DNA of 64,000 nt from positions 2,790,001 through 2,854,000 of the forward strand of contig NW_024704768.1 of NCBI RefSeq assembly GCF_018977255.1, written 5' to 3'. Below, in pieces: positions 1 to 12,297 of the stretch. Numbering within the stretch: the first letter of the stretch is position 1; each line of letters opens with the position of its first letter. Under the pieces are notes generated by a model. That model was not told the origin of the DNA, did no database searches, and saw only the letters and a list, made by a program, of their open reading frames with translations. The translations under genes and the position numbers were made by a program. Origin of the DNA: Callorhinchus milii. Its lineage: Eukaryota.

Positions 1-687
1 GGAGATCCTGTCCACCCATCTTCCCAAGTTCCTCGAGCTCCCTGTCTCTCTGGGAATCATTATCGTGATCGAATTGCCCTTTTCGAATCCCTCCATAGCT
101 TCCCTTCACCTCAGCTCCAACCTCCTCCATCTCTGCAACCCATGTAGCATTTCCTGCTCCTTTGACTCCAAGTTGGAGTTTGAGCCTTCAGCCTTCAGGC
201 CCCAGTTCCCCAGGATCTAATGTTTTCTCCTGCAATTATGTTGCCTCGCTCCCTCTCCCTGCTTTCAAGATTTTCCTCAAGACCTACCTCTCTTGGGACG
301 TCCTCCCCACCTGAAAGGCACTTTACAAATGTAATTTGTTTTTCTGTTGTGTGTCTTCAATAGCTTTTCCGAACGCTTCCACCTTCTTGCTTCCCTGTCC
401 ACTGGATCCCTCGTCCCCCTTCAGGTCCTATTTCCGGGCATATTCTGTCATGTATTTACTTGTGTTTCATGCAATAACTAATAAATGGCTTCTGGGCAAA
501 AATGAGTCAGTTTCTCAATGATACAAACACCCGAAATTGAGGGGAGGAAGAGTGGGCATTTCTTCCAGCCTTCTCCATGTCAGAGGGGCAATGCTCACAG
601 TAAATCCTGTGAAGAAAGGGTTCTAAACAACGTGATGAGGTGCTATGTCAAACACAAAGATTATTATTTCTTTTATTAGTAATCATG

Positions 688-1060
688 TGGCTTTGAGCTC
701 ACAGTCCAGGCTGACTCTCCAGTGCATTACTGGGGGTGGGGGGTGAGCTCAGCATTGTTGGAAGGTGCCATGGTTTGGATAAACTGAGGTCCCCTCTATG
801 CCTAACGTCTCGGTGGTCGTTAAAGATCCCATGTACCTTTTGAAAAGAGCAGAGAGTTTCACTCTCCTGATGTCCTTGGCCAACAATTACCCCCGAATAA
901 AATTGGTCGTTCGCTTAATGGCTGTTTGTGGGACAAATGTGTGCAAACTGACGGCGTTCGCCTACAAAACACCACAGTCACTACACTCTTTACAGCAAAT
1001 CCTGTAAAGCGTTTTGAGACGTCCTCCCAACACTGTATCAAACGTAAGGATTATTGCCGT
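688..1060 (+). mobile_element. Old Deu-domain SINE remnant (SacSINE1/AmnSINE1-like)
   Basis: gctgactctccagtgca...ggtgcc...taaagatcccatg...gtccttggccaaca...gctgtttgtggga...gtaaagcgttttgagacgtcc matches the DeuSINE core and tail as recalled; not aligned. Confidence 0.6.
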
Positions 1061-3009
1061 AATTATTGTTATTGACTACGCCTTTGACCACTTCCTGTCA
1101 ACTCCTTCCTTGATCCTCGCACACCCTCCCTTCCCCAAATCTCCCACCCTGCTCAGGCTCTGCACGACCTTGTTCCTCCCTACCTCTGTGACCTGCCGAC
1201 CGATCCCTTGTCAACCCGTCCGCGCTCTCTGGCTCCAGCCTGCTCCGCACCCCCCTCCCACCCGCCTGGCCCTCCAACCATTGGTGGTTGGGTCTTCAGC
1301 CTCTCTGCCCTCACCCTTTAGCACTCCATCCCACCGCCCCTTCTCCTCGCTCCCTACAAGTGCAAGTTGCGGTCGTGATCCTTACCCTTCAGATAACGGC
1401 CGCACCAAACAGCGGTCGAATTCCGCGTCGCCCTGCACCGTCGCCCGGGGTAGCTCTTTCCACGCCCTCAGGCCTTCCGCACGGTGGCCGATCAGAAGGA
1501 GTAACGGTGGCCGGAGGCGAGTGCTGTTCGGAACGTCAGGCTTTCCCGCCACGCACGACTTGAAACAAGATAAGCAAGGTTTGAGATTCCGTGCCTCGGC
1601 CACGGCATTTGATCTGCCTGCGATAGCAACAGAATTGCCCCGTGGCGCTGTCTGGAACACGAGAGGGATTCGCTCAGTGAGCGTTTCTTTTTTTTTTACG
1701 CTGCTTCGCCGGTTGCCCTGGCGGTCGTTGTTCCTGCTCGTTTCCAAGTCGCACGCAGGACGGGCCGCAGGGCGAGGCGATTAACGAGAGCGCTGTCTGA
1801 GGCGTGCCTCGGTTTTCAAAGGATTTCTCCAACTTGCTGGGTGGTCATGAGCTTGAAGCACCGGGAAGCCAGAAGGTCGCAGGTTCGAACCCCCTCCCAT
1901 GTTGGGGACTTTGAGCTCACAGTCCAGGCTGATGCTCTGCACTGGGGAGGGGGGTGGGTGGGGCGGGGGGGGGGGCGGGGTGGAGAGTGCCACATTTTCA
2001 GAGGCGTGGAAAACTCAGTTGGGTTTGGAAACGCTTAAGCAAACAGTCGTGGATTGAGCGACAACATTATTCTTCTAATTTTATTTTTACTTCCCCCTCC
2101 CCATGTACACACATCTCAAGACCTATCTTTTTGACTGCACGTCTCCCCGCCCGCCCCCACCTCCCCACCCACGTCCCCCTTCATGACAACCGGTTGTGTG
2201 TGTGTAGTGCGTTGAGATGCCCCAATAATATAAGAATTCTTATAAATGATATAACCCGTTTCACCTTAGGAGGATGGATGGAAGCTCTTCACGTAGGAGA
2301 TTTGGTAGGCAAACATGGCAGCCAAATCGCGCACATAAATGTCCCAGGAAATGAACGGCCAAGCTAATCTCGCCTCAATCAAGTCCCGTCTCAAGTCCCT
2401 CCTCGTCGACCGCGCCTTTGGTCAGCCTCCTACCCCTTACCCTCCCCGCCCTCCACCCCCTCCTGATCCCAACCAACAGCTCAGGTGCGGATCCCTGACT
2501 GTCCAGTGCCTTGGGATGTCCTTCTGACGTGAAAGGTGCTGCGTAAGTGCAATGTGTTGTTGTTGTTGTTTGCCTGGACTGTGAGCTCAAAGCCCTGATG
2601 TGGCCACCAAGTGAAGAGTCCTGGGACTGCAGGTGTGTCTCTCGGCCTCACGTTCCACTCAACCTCCGCGATTCAGCTAATGGGACCACCAAATTCCACC
2701 CGGTCTTAGCCCTTGAGGCCGTCTCGTTTTAAAACTTAAAATTGTGGCAAATCGCAAGATGGGTTTGAAGATTGAATGAGACGCTGTGTTTCTCGACCTT
2801 CCAAAATACCCGCCCCGTGTTCCTGCCATCACGGTATCGAACTGTTTCTGAACTGAGTCCCAACTCTAGATATTGTAGACCAGCGTTTATAACACGGTGG
2901 AGCTGAGCCGATGTAAGTCGATCGTGATGTAATACAATACCGCCTTCGCCCACAAAACACAATCGCTGCACCTTACCATCTACCCTGCGAAGCGCTTTGA
3001 AACGTCCAC

Positions 3010-3340
3010 CTGACCTGATGTCTCAAAGCGCTTCACAGGATACACTGGAAGGTGAATGGACCGTATATTTTGTGGGCGAAACGTGGCAGCCCAATTGCGC
3101 ACGGCAGCGTCCCACAAACAGTGGTGGATTGAGCGTCCAAATTATTTGTTTAAATTTATTTTGAAGGGATTATTAATTGATAATTAATTGATTAACAACC
3201 GGGTTCCTACGTACTGCTAAGTAAGTGTGTGTGTGTGGAGCAAGGAAACTTGCCCAAAGTTTTGCCCTGCCCGGGAATCAAACCCAGGTCCTCTCGCTTG
3301 TGAGGTGAGTGTCTGACCATTGAGCTTCAGCACTCCAGGT
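3010..3340 (-). mobile_element. tRNA-derived SINE, long subfamily
   Basis: Head, central and tail segments homologous to the copy at 44572. Confidence 0.7.
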
Positions 3341-4269
3341 GGCAGTCTTAAACAATATTTGGGCATGAATCATGCAAGATCGCACCCTCCACATACTAGC
3401 TTCTTGCGTGTGTGTGTGTGTGAGAAACACTCCCTGTAATTTTCTCTCCCTTGAAGCTGCCGACACATATTTGGAAGTGGTTCCTCCACCTTTTTCGCCT
3501 CGAGTGTCCCATTCATCATGTCTAGACAGCAGGGGGTGGAGGAGGAGAGCGAAGGGGGTAGATGGAACCAGCTTCAATGTTGAAGCCACTCAACAGCAAG
3601 GAGGGTGGGTGGTGTTGGAAGGAAGGGGAGTGTGGGGGTGGAGGGGGTGCGAGGTGGGGGCGGGGTGTGGGGTGGGGTTGGTGGCTACTGCACCTTTTGT
3701 GTAGCGGTAGCTTTAATATAAAGAACTATAAACAGTGCCCTTGAGTCAGAGCAAAATACACAAGAGATTCACAAAGAGTAACATGGACTTCGGAACTCAC
3801 TGACTCATTTTTGTGTCGAAAACCCCCCTCCACTTTTTTTTCGTTTGCTATTTTTTGGGCTATTCATTTACAAAGAAAGCCTGTACTGACTTGTTATCCC
3901 TCTCTCTCTCTCTCTCTCTGCCTCTTCTCTTCCCTCCCTCAACCACCACCACCCCACCGCCCACTCCTGCCCCCTCGCCTACCCGCTTGCCCCAATTCCT
4001 GAAAGGCCATTTTAATGAAGGAATTTGGAAACCAGTGGGGGGGTGGGGTGTTTTCGTTCCATCAGACCCTTCCCTTGGCTGGAAAAGGACGGTATTTTTT
4101 TGCTCAACACCAGGTGGTTGCTAAGATACTGTTTGCAAATTGACTTTGCACTGTCCTTGCATGCAAATATTGAACCGGGGCCACAAATGCTGACTGTACT
4201 CGCAAACTACTCTTCGTTTGTCAGCCTGGCTCAGAGCAGTTGTGCTCTTGCCTCTGAGTCAGATGGTTG

Positions 4270-4880
4270 CCTTCAGCTTCTCTGTCCCCACCCTCTGGAA
4301 ATCTGTCCTGCAGTCCCTCTGCCTCGCCCCCTTCCTCGCCTCCTTCAAGACCCGTCTCAAGACCCTTCTCTTCGACCGTGCCTTCGGTCACCCTCCTACC
4401 TCTGCCCTCCCCACCCTTCACCATCTCCTGATCCCAACCCCCAGCTCCGATGTTGGGGGACCTGAGCTGGGAGTTGGGGTCAGGAGGGGTGGAGCGCAGG
4501 GTGTGGGGTGGGGGTTGAAGAGTGGCCGAAGGCATGGTCGAAGAGGAAGGTCTTTAAACAGGATTTGAAGGAGGCAAGAGAGAGGGAGTGAGGCAGAGGG
4601 ATTGCGGGATAGAGTTCCAGAGTGTGAGGACAGAGATGCTGAATGCCTGACCGCCAATAGTGGGGCGGGCAAAGCAGGGGACGTGAAGCAGGCCGGAGCC
4701 CGCTGAGCGTAGGGAGCGGGCAAGTTGGTAGGGAGTTAGGAGGTCACAGATGTATGGAGGAGCGAGGCCGTGAAGGACTTGGAAGCTGAGGACCGGGATC
4801 TTGAACTGTATCCTCTGAGTGATGGGGAGCCAGTGGAGCCGGGCGAGGATTGGGCGTGATAGGGTCACGGAGCTCTCCTC
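4270..4880. mobile_element. Two L2 LINE 3' fragments, tail-to-tail (about 4270-4460 + and 4462-4880 -)
   Basis: Translations FKTRLKTLLFDRAF and [17 protein letters not shown]...LHGLAPPY are typical of the L2 ORF2 C-terminus. Confidence 0.75.
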
Positions 4881-7029
4881 CCACCCGACCCCGTCCATAC
4901 GTGTTCAGGCTAACTCCATGTTACGGGTTCCCGGTTGCTCACAAATGTTTGGTCCCCGAGTGGATCCGGCCAACGCAAAGCTGTTATTGACAAAGTTGAT
5001 CAAATACGAGGTTCCATCTCGAGTCCACTGGACGATAAGTCTATTCCCGTTGGTTAGTCTAACCTGGTGCGCACCAGCACTAAGTCATCGCGTCTGCATT
5101 ATTAAGCCATACTCTGAAGGTCTTCCTCTTCGACCGCGCCTCCAGTCACTTCCCCCCCCCCACCCCCCCCACTCCCCCACCCCAATTCGGCATCATGCTC
5201 TGACACTGCGAAGTGTTCTGGTGGAGGTGTTCAAAACTGTGAGGGGTTTTGATTGAGGAGACAGGGGAGGAACTGTTTCCTCTGGCGGGCGGGCGGGCGG
5301 GCGAGTAAGCAGAGGACGCAGATTTGAGATAATTGGCGAAAGAACCAGAGGGGAGACCGGACGAGGAGCTCGCAAAACGTGTGACTCAGTGGCGAGAGCG
5401 CTAGCCCACCGAGAGCCCAGGCTGACACCCGATAAGCAGCTTCGCAAGGCGAGTATGTGACTGCTGCCAAGGTTACACCCTGCATTTCAATGTAGTGACT
5501 CTATAGAACGAGCTACCTCTTCTCCTCTGAGCCGATGCGTTTCTATAAGTCCCTGGGTGCGGTCGGAGCCTTCAGAAACCTTACGTTTGCAGGTGTGACA
5601 ACAAAGCTGAACAAACATTAGCCTCGACTCCCGCCCCCCAAGGGATGTACTTCAGACTTCTTTAAGCAGCAACTTTCTCAGGCATCGACTGATTAAACGT
5701 GACAGCTTTTAAGGAGAGGCGACTGATCCATTGTTAGAGTGTACCGCGTTCCAGTGTTTACGTGGATTGTAGGGTTTGAGATGTTAAGCTCATTTCGAGC
5801 TGTGGTGCGAGTAATAATAATCCTCTTCATAATAATAATAATAATAATAAATTTGGTAGAGCACCTTACCACGTCAGGAGGGTGTCTCACGGTGCTTCAT
5901 AGGTTTGGCTGTAAAGTGACCTTCCCACCACCCTCCTGGTCACCCTCCGGCTCCTTACCCTCCCTGTCCTCCACCCTTTCTGATCCTAACCCCCAACATC
6001 GGATCCCTGACTGTCCAGCACCTTGGGACGTCCTCCTGACACGAAAGGGCGCGATACAAATGTAATTCGTTGCCGCTGTTGTTGCTAGAGTTGACCGGCA
6101 AACGTTCCTGGACACTACCCCGTGTGAAGGGCGCTAAATACATACAAGTTGTTGTTGTTGTTGTTGTATCTGTCATCTCGCTCGTAAAATAAAGCCAATG
6201 GGTAAAAACTGACTGGATTGCTCTGAAGTATGGCTCAGGCCAGGACACTGGGGGCAGGATGTTTCCCACTCAGCTGCTCCTGTCAACCCTGCAAGCCAAA
6301 GCCTTATTGACAAGGTCCGAGCTGGACAAACAAGAGGGAATCATTGCTCTCCCAACGGTAAGTAAGATGGTTAAACTCCAGCAGTGACCTGACACATACT
6401 CTGGGGTTACCCAAGCCTCGGCTCTTGCCAACATGCACCAGATTAGTCTTTGGAATCAGGTAAGCAGGGAGGGAGAGTGCTCATGGAGTTACAGACACAG
6501 GGACATTTCCATGCGTGGGTGGGTGCGCGGAACTCAGTCTGGTTTGGATACTCTTAACATGGTGACAGGTTTCCGCGTGTGTGTGCCCAAAGCAACCAGG
6601 ACTCATTTAAAAAGCAGCTTGATAATAATAATAATAATAATAATAATTCTTGCATTTGATACAACGCTTTTCATGCCTTCGAGACGTCTCAAAGCACTTC
6701 ACAGAATATGCTATAAAGTGAATTGACCGTATATTTGTGGGTGAAACGCGGCAGCCAGTTGCGCACAGCAGCGTCCCACAAACGGTCGTGGATTAAAAAT
6801 GACCAATTTATCATTGTTTGTGTTTTTTTTGATGCGATGGGAGGCTGGTCAGGTGGGTGCAAGTAGCACAGAATGTCAAGGGCAAGGTCATCTAATTTTC
6901 GACAGCGTTTCCTCACGATTGCTATACTTAACACGTTGTTCCTAATCCTTTCGATTTGATATCATGCTATTAACCACAAACTGTCTCAGGAAATTGCTGC
7001 CAGCTGGAGTGACTGTTTGTTTGTAGTTG

Positions 7030-7270
7030 AACGCAGCAGCCAATGTTGCCTACAAGCAATCTCCCACCAACAGACATCGAGCAAAGTGAACTGGGACAGC
7101 AAGAGCGAGTGACTCCATTCTCTTTTCAAAGTAGCGCCACGGGATCTTTAATGTCCACCAGATCGGGGCACAGACGAGGAGCTCAGTTCAACATCTCAAC
7201 CCGAAAGGATGGTGCGCCCCCGCCCCCAAGCACTGCACTGGAGTGTCATCCTGGACTGTGAGCTCAAATT
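7030..7270 (-). mobile_element. Deu-domain SINE remnant
   Basis: Reverse complement of the core seen at 688-900 (gggatcttta, tgcactggagtgtca, ctgtgagctcaa). Confidence 0.55.
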
Positions 7271-7289
7271 CCCAATATAGGGAGTTGTA

Positions 7290-7625
7290 GGGTGTTGGGT
7301 ACAGGGAGTACAATCTCCAAGTTTGCAGAAGATACTAAGGTAGGAAAAGTAGTCAGCGGTGAGGAGGATGGTCGCAGACTGCAAACGGACATAGACAGAC
7401 TGGTGACACGGGCAGACACGTGGCAGATGGAGTTTAATGTGGAGAAATGCGACGTGATGCATTTCGGGAGGAAGAATGAGGAGAGGCGATATAAGCTGAT
7501 GGTACGATCATAAAGTGAGTGAAGAGACCTGGGGGTTCATGTAAGTAAATGTTTCAAGGTGGCCGGACAGGCAGATAAAGCTGTTTAAAAAAGCGTATGG
7601 GATATTAGGCTTTATATATAGGGGT
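7290..7625 (+). mobile_element. CR1 LINE reverse transcriptase fragment
   Basis: ISKFAEDTKVG...LQTDIDRLVTRADTWQMEFNVEKCDVMHFGRKN (KFADD motif). Confidence 0.85.
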
Positions 7626-7669
7626 CTCAGAGCGTTTCGCAACAACGGATCCCGGGGCCGAGCCGGGGG

Positions 7670-8421
7670 ACGAACCCGGATGTCTCGTTCGACCCTCAAC
7701 TGTCTTTTCTTCCCCACATCCAAGCCATGACCCGCTCTGCCTCCCCTCACCTCCGTAACATCGCCCGACTCCGCCACTACCTCACCCCTCAGGCGCTGAA
7801 ACTCTTGTTCATACCTTCATCACCTCCAGACTCGACTATGCAAACGCCCTGCGTGTCGGCCTTCCCAACTCCTCCCTCCACAGCTGCAGGTAATCCAGAA
7901 CTCTGCAGCCCGTGTCCTCTCCCGCACCAAACTCCGTGACCCCGTCTCCCCCACTCTCGCCCGACTCCATTGGCTCCCTATCCTTCAGAGGATCCAGTTC
8001 CAGATCCTGGTACTCACCTACAAAGCCTTCCATGGCCTCGCCCCACCCTACCTCTGTGACCTCCTAACCCCCTACCAACCCACCCGTTCCCTCCGCTCAG
8101 CCGGCTCTGGCCTGCTCCACGTCCCCCGACCCCCCCCACCCCACCACTGGTGGGAGAGCCTTCAGCCACTCTGCCCCCAACCTCTGGAATTCCATCCCCC
8201 AATCACTCCGCCTCACCCCCTCCTTAACCTCCTTCAAGTCCCGCCTCAAGACCCTTCTTTTCGCCCATGCCATTGGCCCTCCTTTTTGACCTTCCCCTCC
8301 CCTCCCTTCTCCCCCCCTGACCCCAGTTCAGGTCTGAAATGCTGTACACTGTCCAGCGCCTTAGGACGTCCTCCCAACATGAAAGGCCCTATACAAATGT
8401 AATCTTGTTGTTGTTGTTGTT
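7670..8421 (+). mobile_element. L2 LINE 3' fragment with (TTG)n tail
   Basis: LRNIARLRHYLTP, SRLDYANA and [11 protein letters not shown] motifs; ends ggacgtcctccc...atacaaatgtaatc(ttg)n. Confidence 0.85.
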
Positions 8422-8424
8422 GAG

Positions 8425-8815
8425 GGGGAGGAAGGTGACCAAAGGTGCGGTCGAAAAGAAAAGTCTTCCGCAGAGACCTGAAAATAGGAAGAGAGGGGAC
8501 GAGGCGAAGGGAGTGAGGAAGGGAGTTCCAGAACCTCGGGGCATAGTGGCTGAAGGCACGACCGCCGATGGTGGAGCGGAGGATTCGGGGGACGAGGAGG
8601 AGGCCAGACCCAGTGGATCAAAGGCAATGGGCACTGTTGTGAGGAGAGAGGTCGGGGGGTGCAGAGGAGTGGAGGGATTTGAAGACAGTAGTGAGGATGT
8701 TGAAGTGGATCTTTTCTGGGAGAGGCAGCCAGTGCGGTCTGGCAAGGACGGGGGTAATCGGGGAGTGGAGTTTGGTGCGGATAAGAATGCGAGCAGCAGA
8801 GTTCTGGATGGTTAG
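8425..8815 (-). mobile_element. L2 LINE 3' fragment, different subfamily
   Basis: IQNSAARIL, LHWLP-like and FKILT motifs on the minus strand. Confidence 0.75.
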
Positions 8816-8819
8816 GCCT

Positions 8820-9722
8820 CAGCGAGAGATGGCGTTCAGTTCTGGGCACCACACGTTATAAGGATGTCAAGGCATTGGAGAGGGTGCAAAGGAGATTGAC
8901 CAGGATGGTACCAGGACTGAGGGACTTCAGTGATCAGGAGCGGCGAGAGAGGCGAGGATTACTCTCCTTGGGGCAGAGAAGGTTAAGAGGAGACTAAATA
9001 GAAGTTGTCAAAATTATGAGGGGATTCGATCGGGTGAACAGGAGAAACTATTCCCACTGGCGGGCGGGCGGGTGGGCCGGTACCCCGAGGGCACCGATTT
9101 AAAATAGTTGTTAAAAGAAACAGAGGGGAGGGCAGGAGAAATTATTTCACACAGCGAGTTGTTGGGATCTGGAATGCGATGCCTGAAAGGCCGGTGGGAA
9201 CCGATTCGATAACAACTTTTAAGAGAGAAGTAGATCATTATTTGGGGAGGACAAGTTTGCAGCACTATGGAGAGAGGCGGGGGAGTGGGGTTGATTTTGA
9301 TATAATAATAATAATAATCCTCGCATTTGATATAGCGCTTTTCACGTCGGGAGGACGTCCCAAAGCGCTTCACAGAACACACTGTAAAGTGAATTGACTG
9401 TATATTTGTGGGCGAACGCAGCAGCCAATTGCGCACAGCAATGTCCCACAAACAGTCGTGGATTGAAAATGACCAATTTATTATTGTTTTTGGTTTTGGA
9501 GGGATTATCATTAGGCTCTGTGTGGAGTAAGGAAACTTGCCCAAGGTTTGGCCCTCTGCCTGGAATTGAACTCAGGTCTCTCACTTGCAAAGCGAGTGCT
9601 CTAACCACTGAGCTACAGGACTCCTCAATAGCTCAATAGCTGATAGCTCTTTTCAAAGAGCGGCACAGACATGATGGGCCGAATGGCCTCCTTCTGTGCT
9701 GTATAATTCTATGATTCTATGA
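8820..9722 (+). mobile_element. CR1 LINE 3' end interrupted by a SINE
   Basis: QFWAP..KDVKALERVQRRLTRMVPGL, then RLRGD; resumes after the SINE with gggccgaatggcctccttctgtgctgt and the (attctatg)n CR1 terminal repeat. Confidence 0.85.
9303..9624 (-). mobile_element. Full-length tRNA-derived SINE, short subfamily
   Basis: A box TAGCTCAGTGG, B box GTTCAATTCC, (TTA)n tail; closely similar to the copies at 34709 and 43543. Confidence 0.85.
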
Positions 9723-9904
9723 ACATTATATTTGAACCCATAACTTTGAGCGAGAGGTATAACTTCAAGAGCCATAACTTCAAGAGATCTGAGACCTACC
9801 CTGAACGGAGGGCGCTAAATAAGTGCAAGTTGTTGTTGTTGTTGATGAGAGACACCTCTGCTCTTGATGTTATAGCAGGAAAAGTGCAGGTGGTGAATAA
9901 AATC

Positions 9905-10245
9905 CCATAGAGTAGTGGTTAGAGCCCTTGCCTCGCAAGTGAGAGGACCTGGGTTTGATTCCTTACTCCACACGCCTCTATTTACTCAGCAGTAAGTAGG
10001 AACCCGGTCGTTAGTTGATTAGAGGATTGATTTATGTGGGTAATAATCCTTCCCCCAAAAATTGGTCACTCGTTCCACGACTGTTTGTGGGACTATGTAC
10101 AATTGGACAACATGTTTGGCTCACAAAATACACAGTCAATTTATCCCGTGAAGCGCTTTGAGATGTCTTGAAGATGTGATAAGACACTATATCAAATGCA
10201 AGGATAATTATTATTCTATTCTTCTTCTTATTATTATTATTCTAA
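9905..10245 (+). mobile_element. tRNA-derived SINE, long subfamily, degraded
   Basis: gtggttagagccc...gggtttgatt head and (TTA)n tail. Confidence 0.7.
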
Positions 10246-10499
10246 TTATATTCACAATCCCAACGCGGTAGACTGTGTCTCTCGAGGGTTGTCATGTTTT
10301 AGTTTTTGTTGTTTGGTTGTTACAGTATGGGGTGTTTCATCGACAGAGGTTCTGTTATGCAGACAAACCCAGAGGCAGGTGGGCCTGATCTCGAAGATCA
10401 GTGAGAGGGGAAAACAAAAACACAGCTTGAATCACATGCAATGGAGTCACACCCTCTCATTCAAACACATTCCTAAACGCATTCCGTCCCTTAATTGAG

Positions 10500-11285
10500 A
10501 AACAGGTCATCAACTGGACTTACTTTGCCTTTTATGGCCTCACCTGTCAAACCCTCTTCCCTCACCTCCATCATTTAAAATTTGAAGCCCACCACCTGCT
10601 CCCTCGACCCCATCCCTACCCCTCTCCTCACCTCCCAGCTCCACCTACTGACCCCTCTTTTTAACTGACATTATCAACCTCTCCTTATCCACTGGTACTG
10701 TTCCTCCCGACGTGAAAAGCGCTGTATCAAATGCAAGGATTATTATTATTTTATTATTAAGCCCCCCCCCGCCCGGTCCACTCCACAATCGGGGGTCGGG
10801 CTTTCAGCCACCCGGCCCTCACCCTCTGGAACTCCATCCACAATCACTCCGTTGCCTCTTTCAAGACCTGTCTCAAGACCCTCCTCTTCGACCGTGCTTC
10901 CTGTCGCACTCCTTAACCCACCCCAACCTGCCCTCTACCCTCCCCGATCTCGACCGCCAGCTCAGCACCAAAACACCGATTGTCCAGGGCCTTGGGACGT
11001 CCTCCCGATGTGAAAGATGCTGTACAAATAGAATTTTGTTCTTGTTGTTGTCACCTTTCCTGACTATGGCTCAATGGGGTGAAGGGCCGGGAGCGTGACC
11101 AAAGGCCCGATTGGAGAGGAGGGTCTTGAGACGGGCCTCGAAGGAGGCGAGGGAGGGAGCAAGCAGAAGGGACTGTGGGATGGAGTTCCAGAGGGTGGGG
11201 GCTGAAGGCCCAACCACCAATTGTGGAGTGGGCCGGGCGGGGGACGTAGAGCAGGCCGGAGGCTGCTGAGCAGAGGGAGCGGACA
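10500..11285. mobile_element. Cluster of L2 fragments
   Basis: KPTTCSLDPIPT..LLTDIINLSLSTGTVP (+, 10585-10710); 3' end with TTG tail (+, about 10770-11050); 3' fragment (-, about 11085-11285). Confidence 0.75.
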
Positions 11286-11846
11286 ATTGATGTGGCGTTG
11301 ATTTCAACTGAAGAAGATCGAGTCAGAGTGGCTATTAGTGGCGACTCTGGGAGCGCTCAGCAGTTTATCAAGCGCACGTGGTATGTGATTCTGTTCTGTG
11401 ATTAAATTGAGGATCAGAGAGAAATTTTAGCAAACTTTGCCCAGGTCACGCGTCACGCGTGTCAGATATGAACAGTTGACTGCCCGGATCATGTACTGTG
11501 ATGATAATAACAATAATAATCCGTGCATTTGATATAGCGCCTTATCACGTCTTCCAGACGTCTCAAAGCGCTTCACAGGATAGACTGTGAAGTGAATTGA
11601 CTGTACCTTTGTGGGCGAAACCTGGCAGCCAATTGCGCACAGCAGCGTTCCCCCCACAAACAGTCGTGGATTGAAGTCACCAAATTGTTATTTAGATAAT
11701 AATAACACTTACATTTGATATAGATCCTTTGGGATTGTACTGTAAAGTAGAATGACTGTGTGTGTGTGTGTGTGTTTGTGCAAAAGTGTGTTCTGCGTCA
11801 AGTTTATCAACATAGTCACAAACAATTGTCTTCGAGCGAATGAAAG

Positions 11847-11852
11847 TTTATT
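11847..11852 (-). terminator. Polyadenylation signal of copy A
   Basis: AATAAA on the minus strand about 450 nt past the stop codon. Confidence 0.65.
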
Positions 11853-12297
11853 GATTGCAAGATGAAATGTGAAGAAAGTTTTCTCTCCGCCCGCACCCGT
11901 TACAAAGGACACAGAATCAAGAACACCAAACAACAGCGGCAAATGTCCCACCGTCGTTGAAGAGGAAACAGCAAATAGAGAGATTCTAAAGCTTGCCCAT
12001 CACACCCAGAACATGTCTTTGCAGTGCCCCGAACTTTCCAACCTTTCCATTTCAGATCGACCCAACACTCAACACCAGCAAGGAGATATCAGATGATTCA
12101 CGTGAATGAATCAATCCCCAATGAGAACTCCTGCACACCCTTTAATCTGACCCACTGCTGAACATGAGACATGGACATTCATTGTTACTCAGAACCAGGA
12201 GACGAAAGTCTCACTCAGACAGACCCTTCAGTGAGCTTTCCGAGAATCAACACCAGCGTAACAGATCGTCGCACGACAGAGCCCTTAAAGCAACCGC

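Noticed and set aside
1014-1784. 256-aa ORF, and similar long Pro/Ser-rich ORFs such as 27205-27990 and 26676-27194
   Set aside because: Off-frame translations of C- or G-rich L2 remnants and low-complexity DNA; no recognisable domain.
11709-12096. Identical short ORFs repeated at 20114-20501
   Set aside because: They lie in the duplicated 3' UTR and flank; the identity reflects duplication, not coding constraint.
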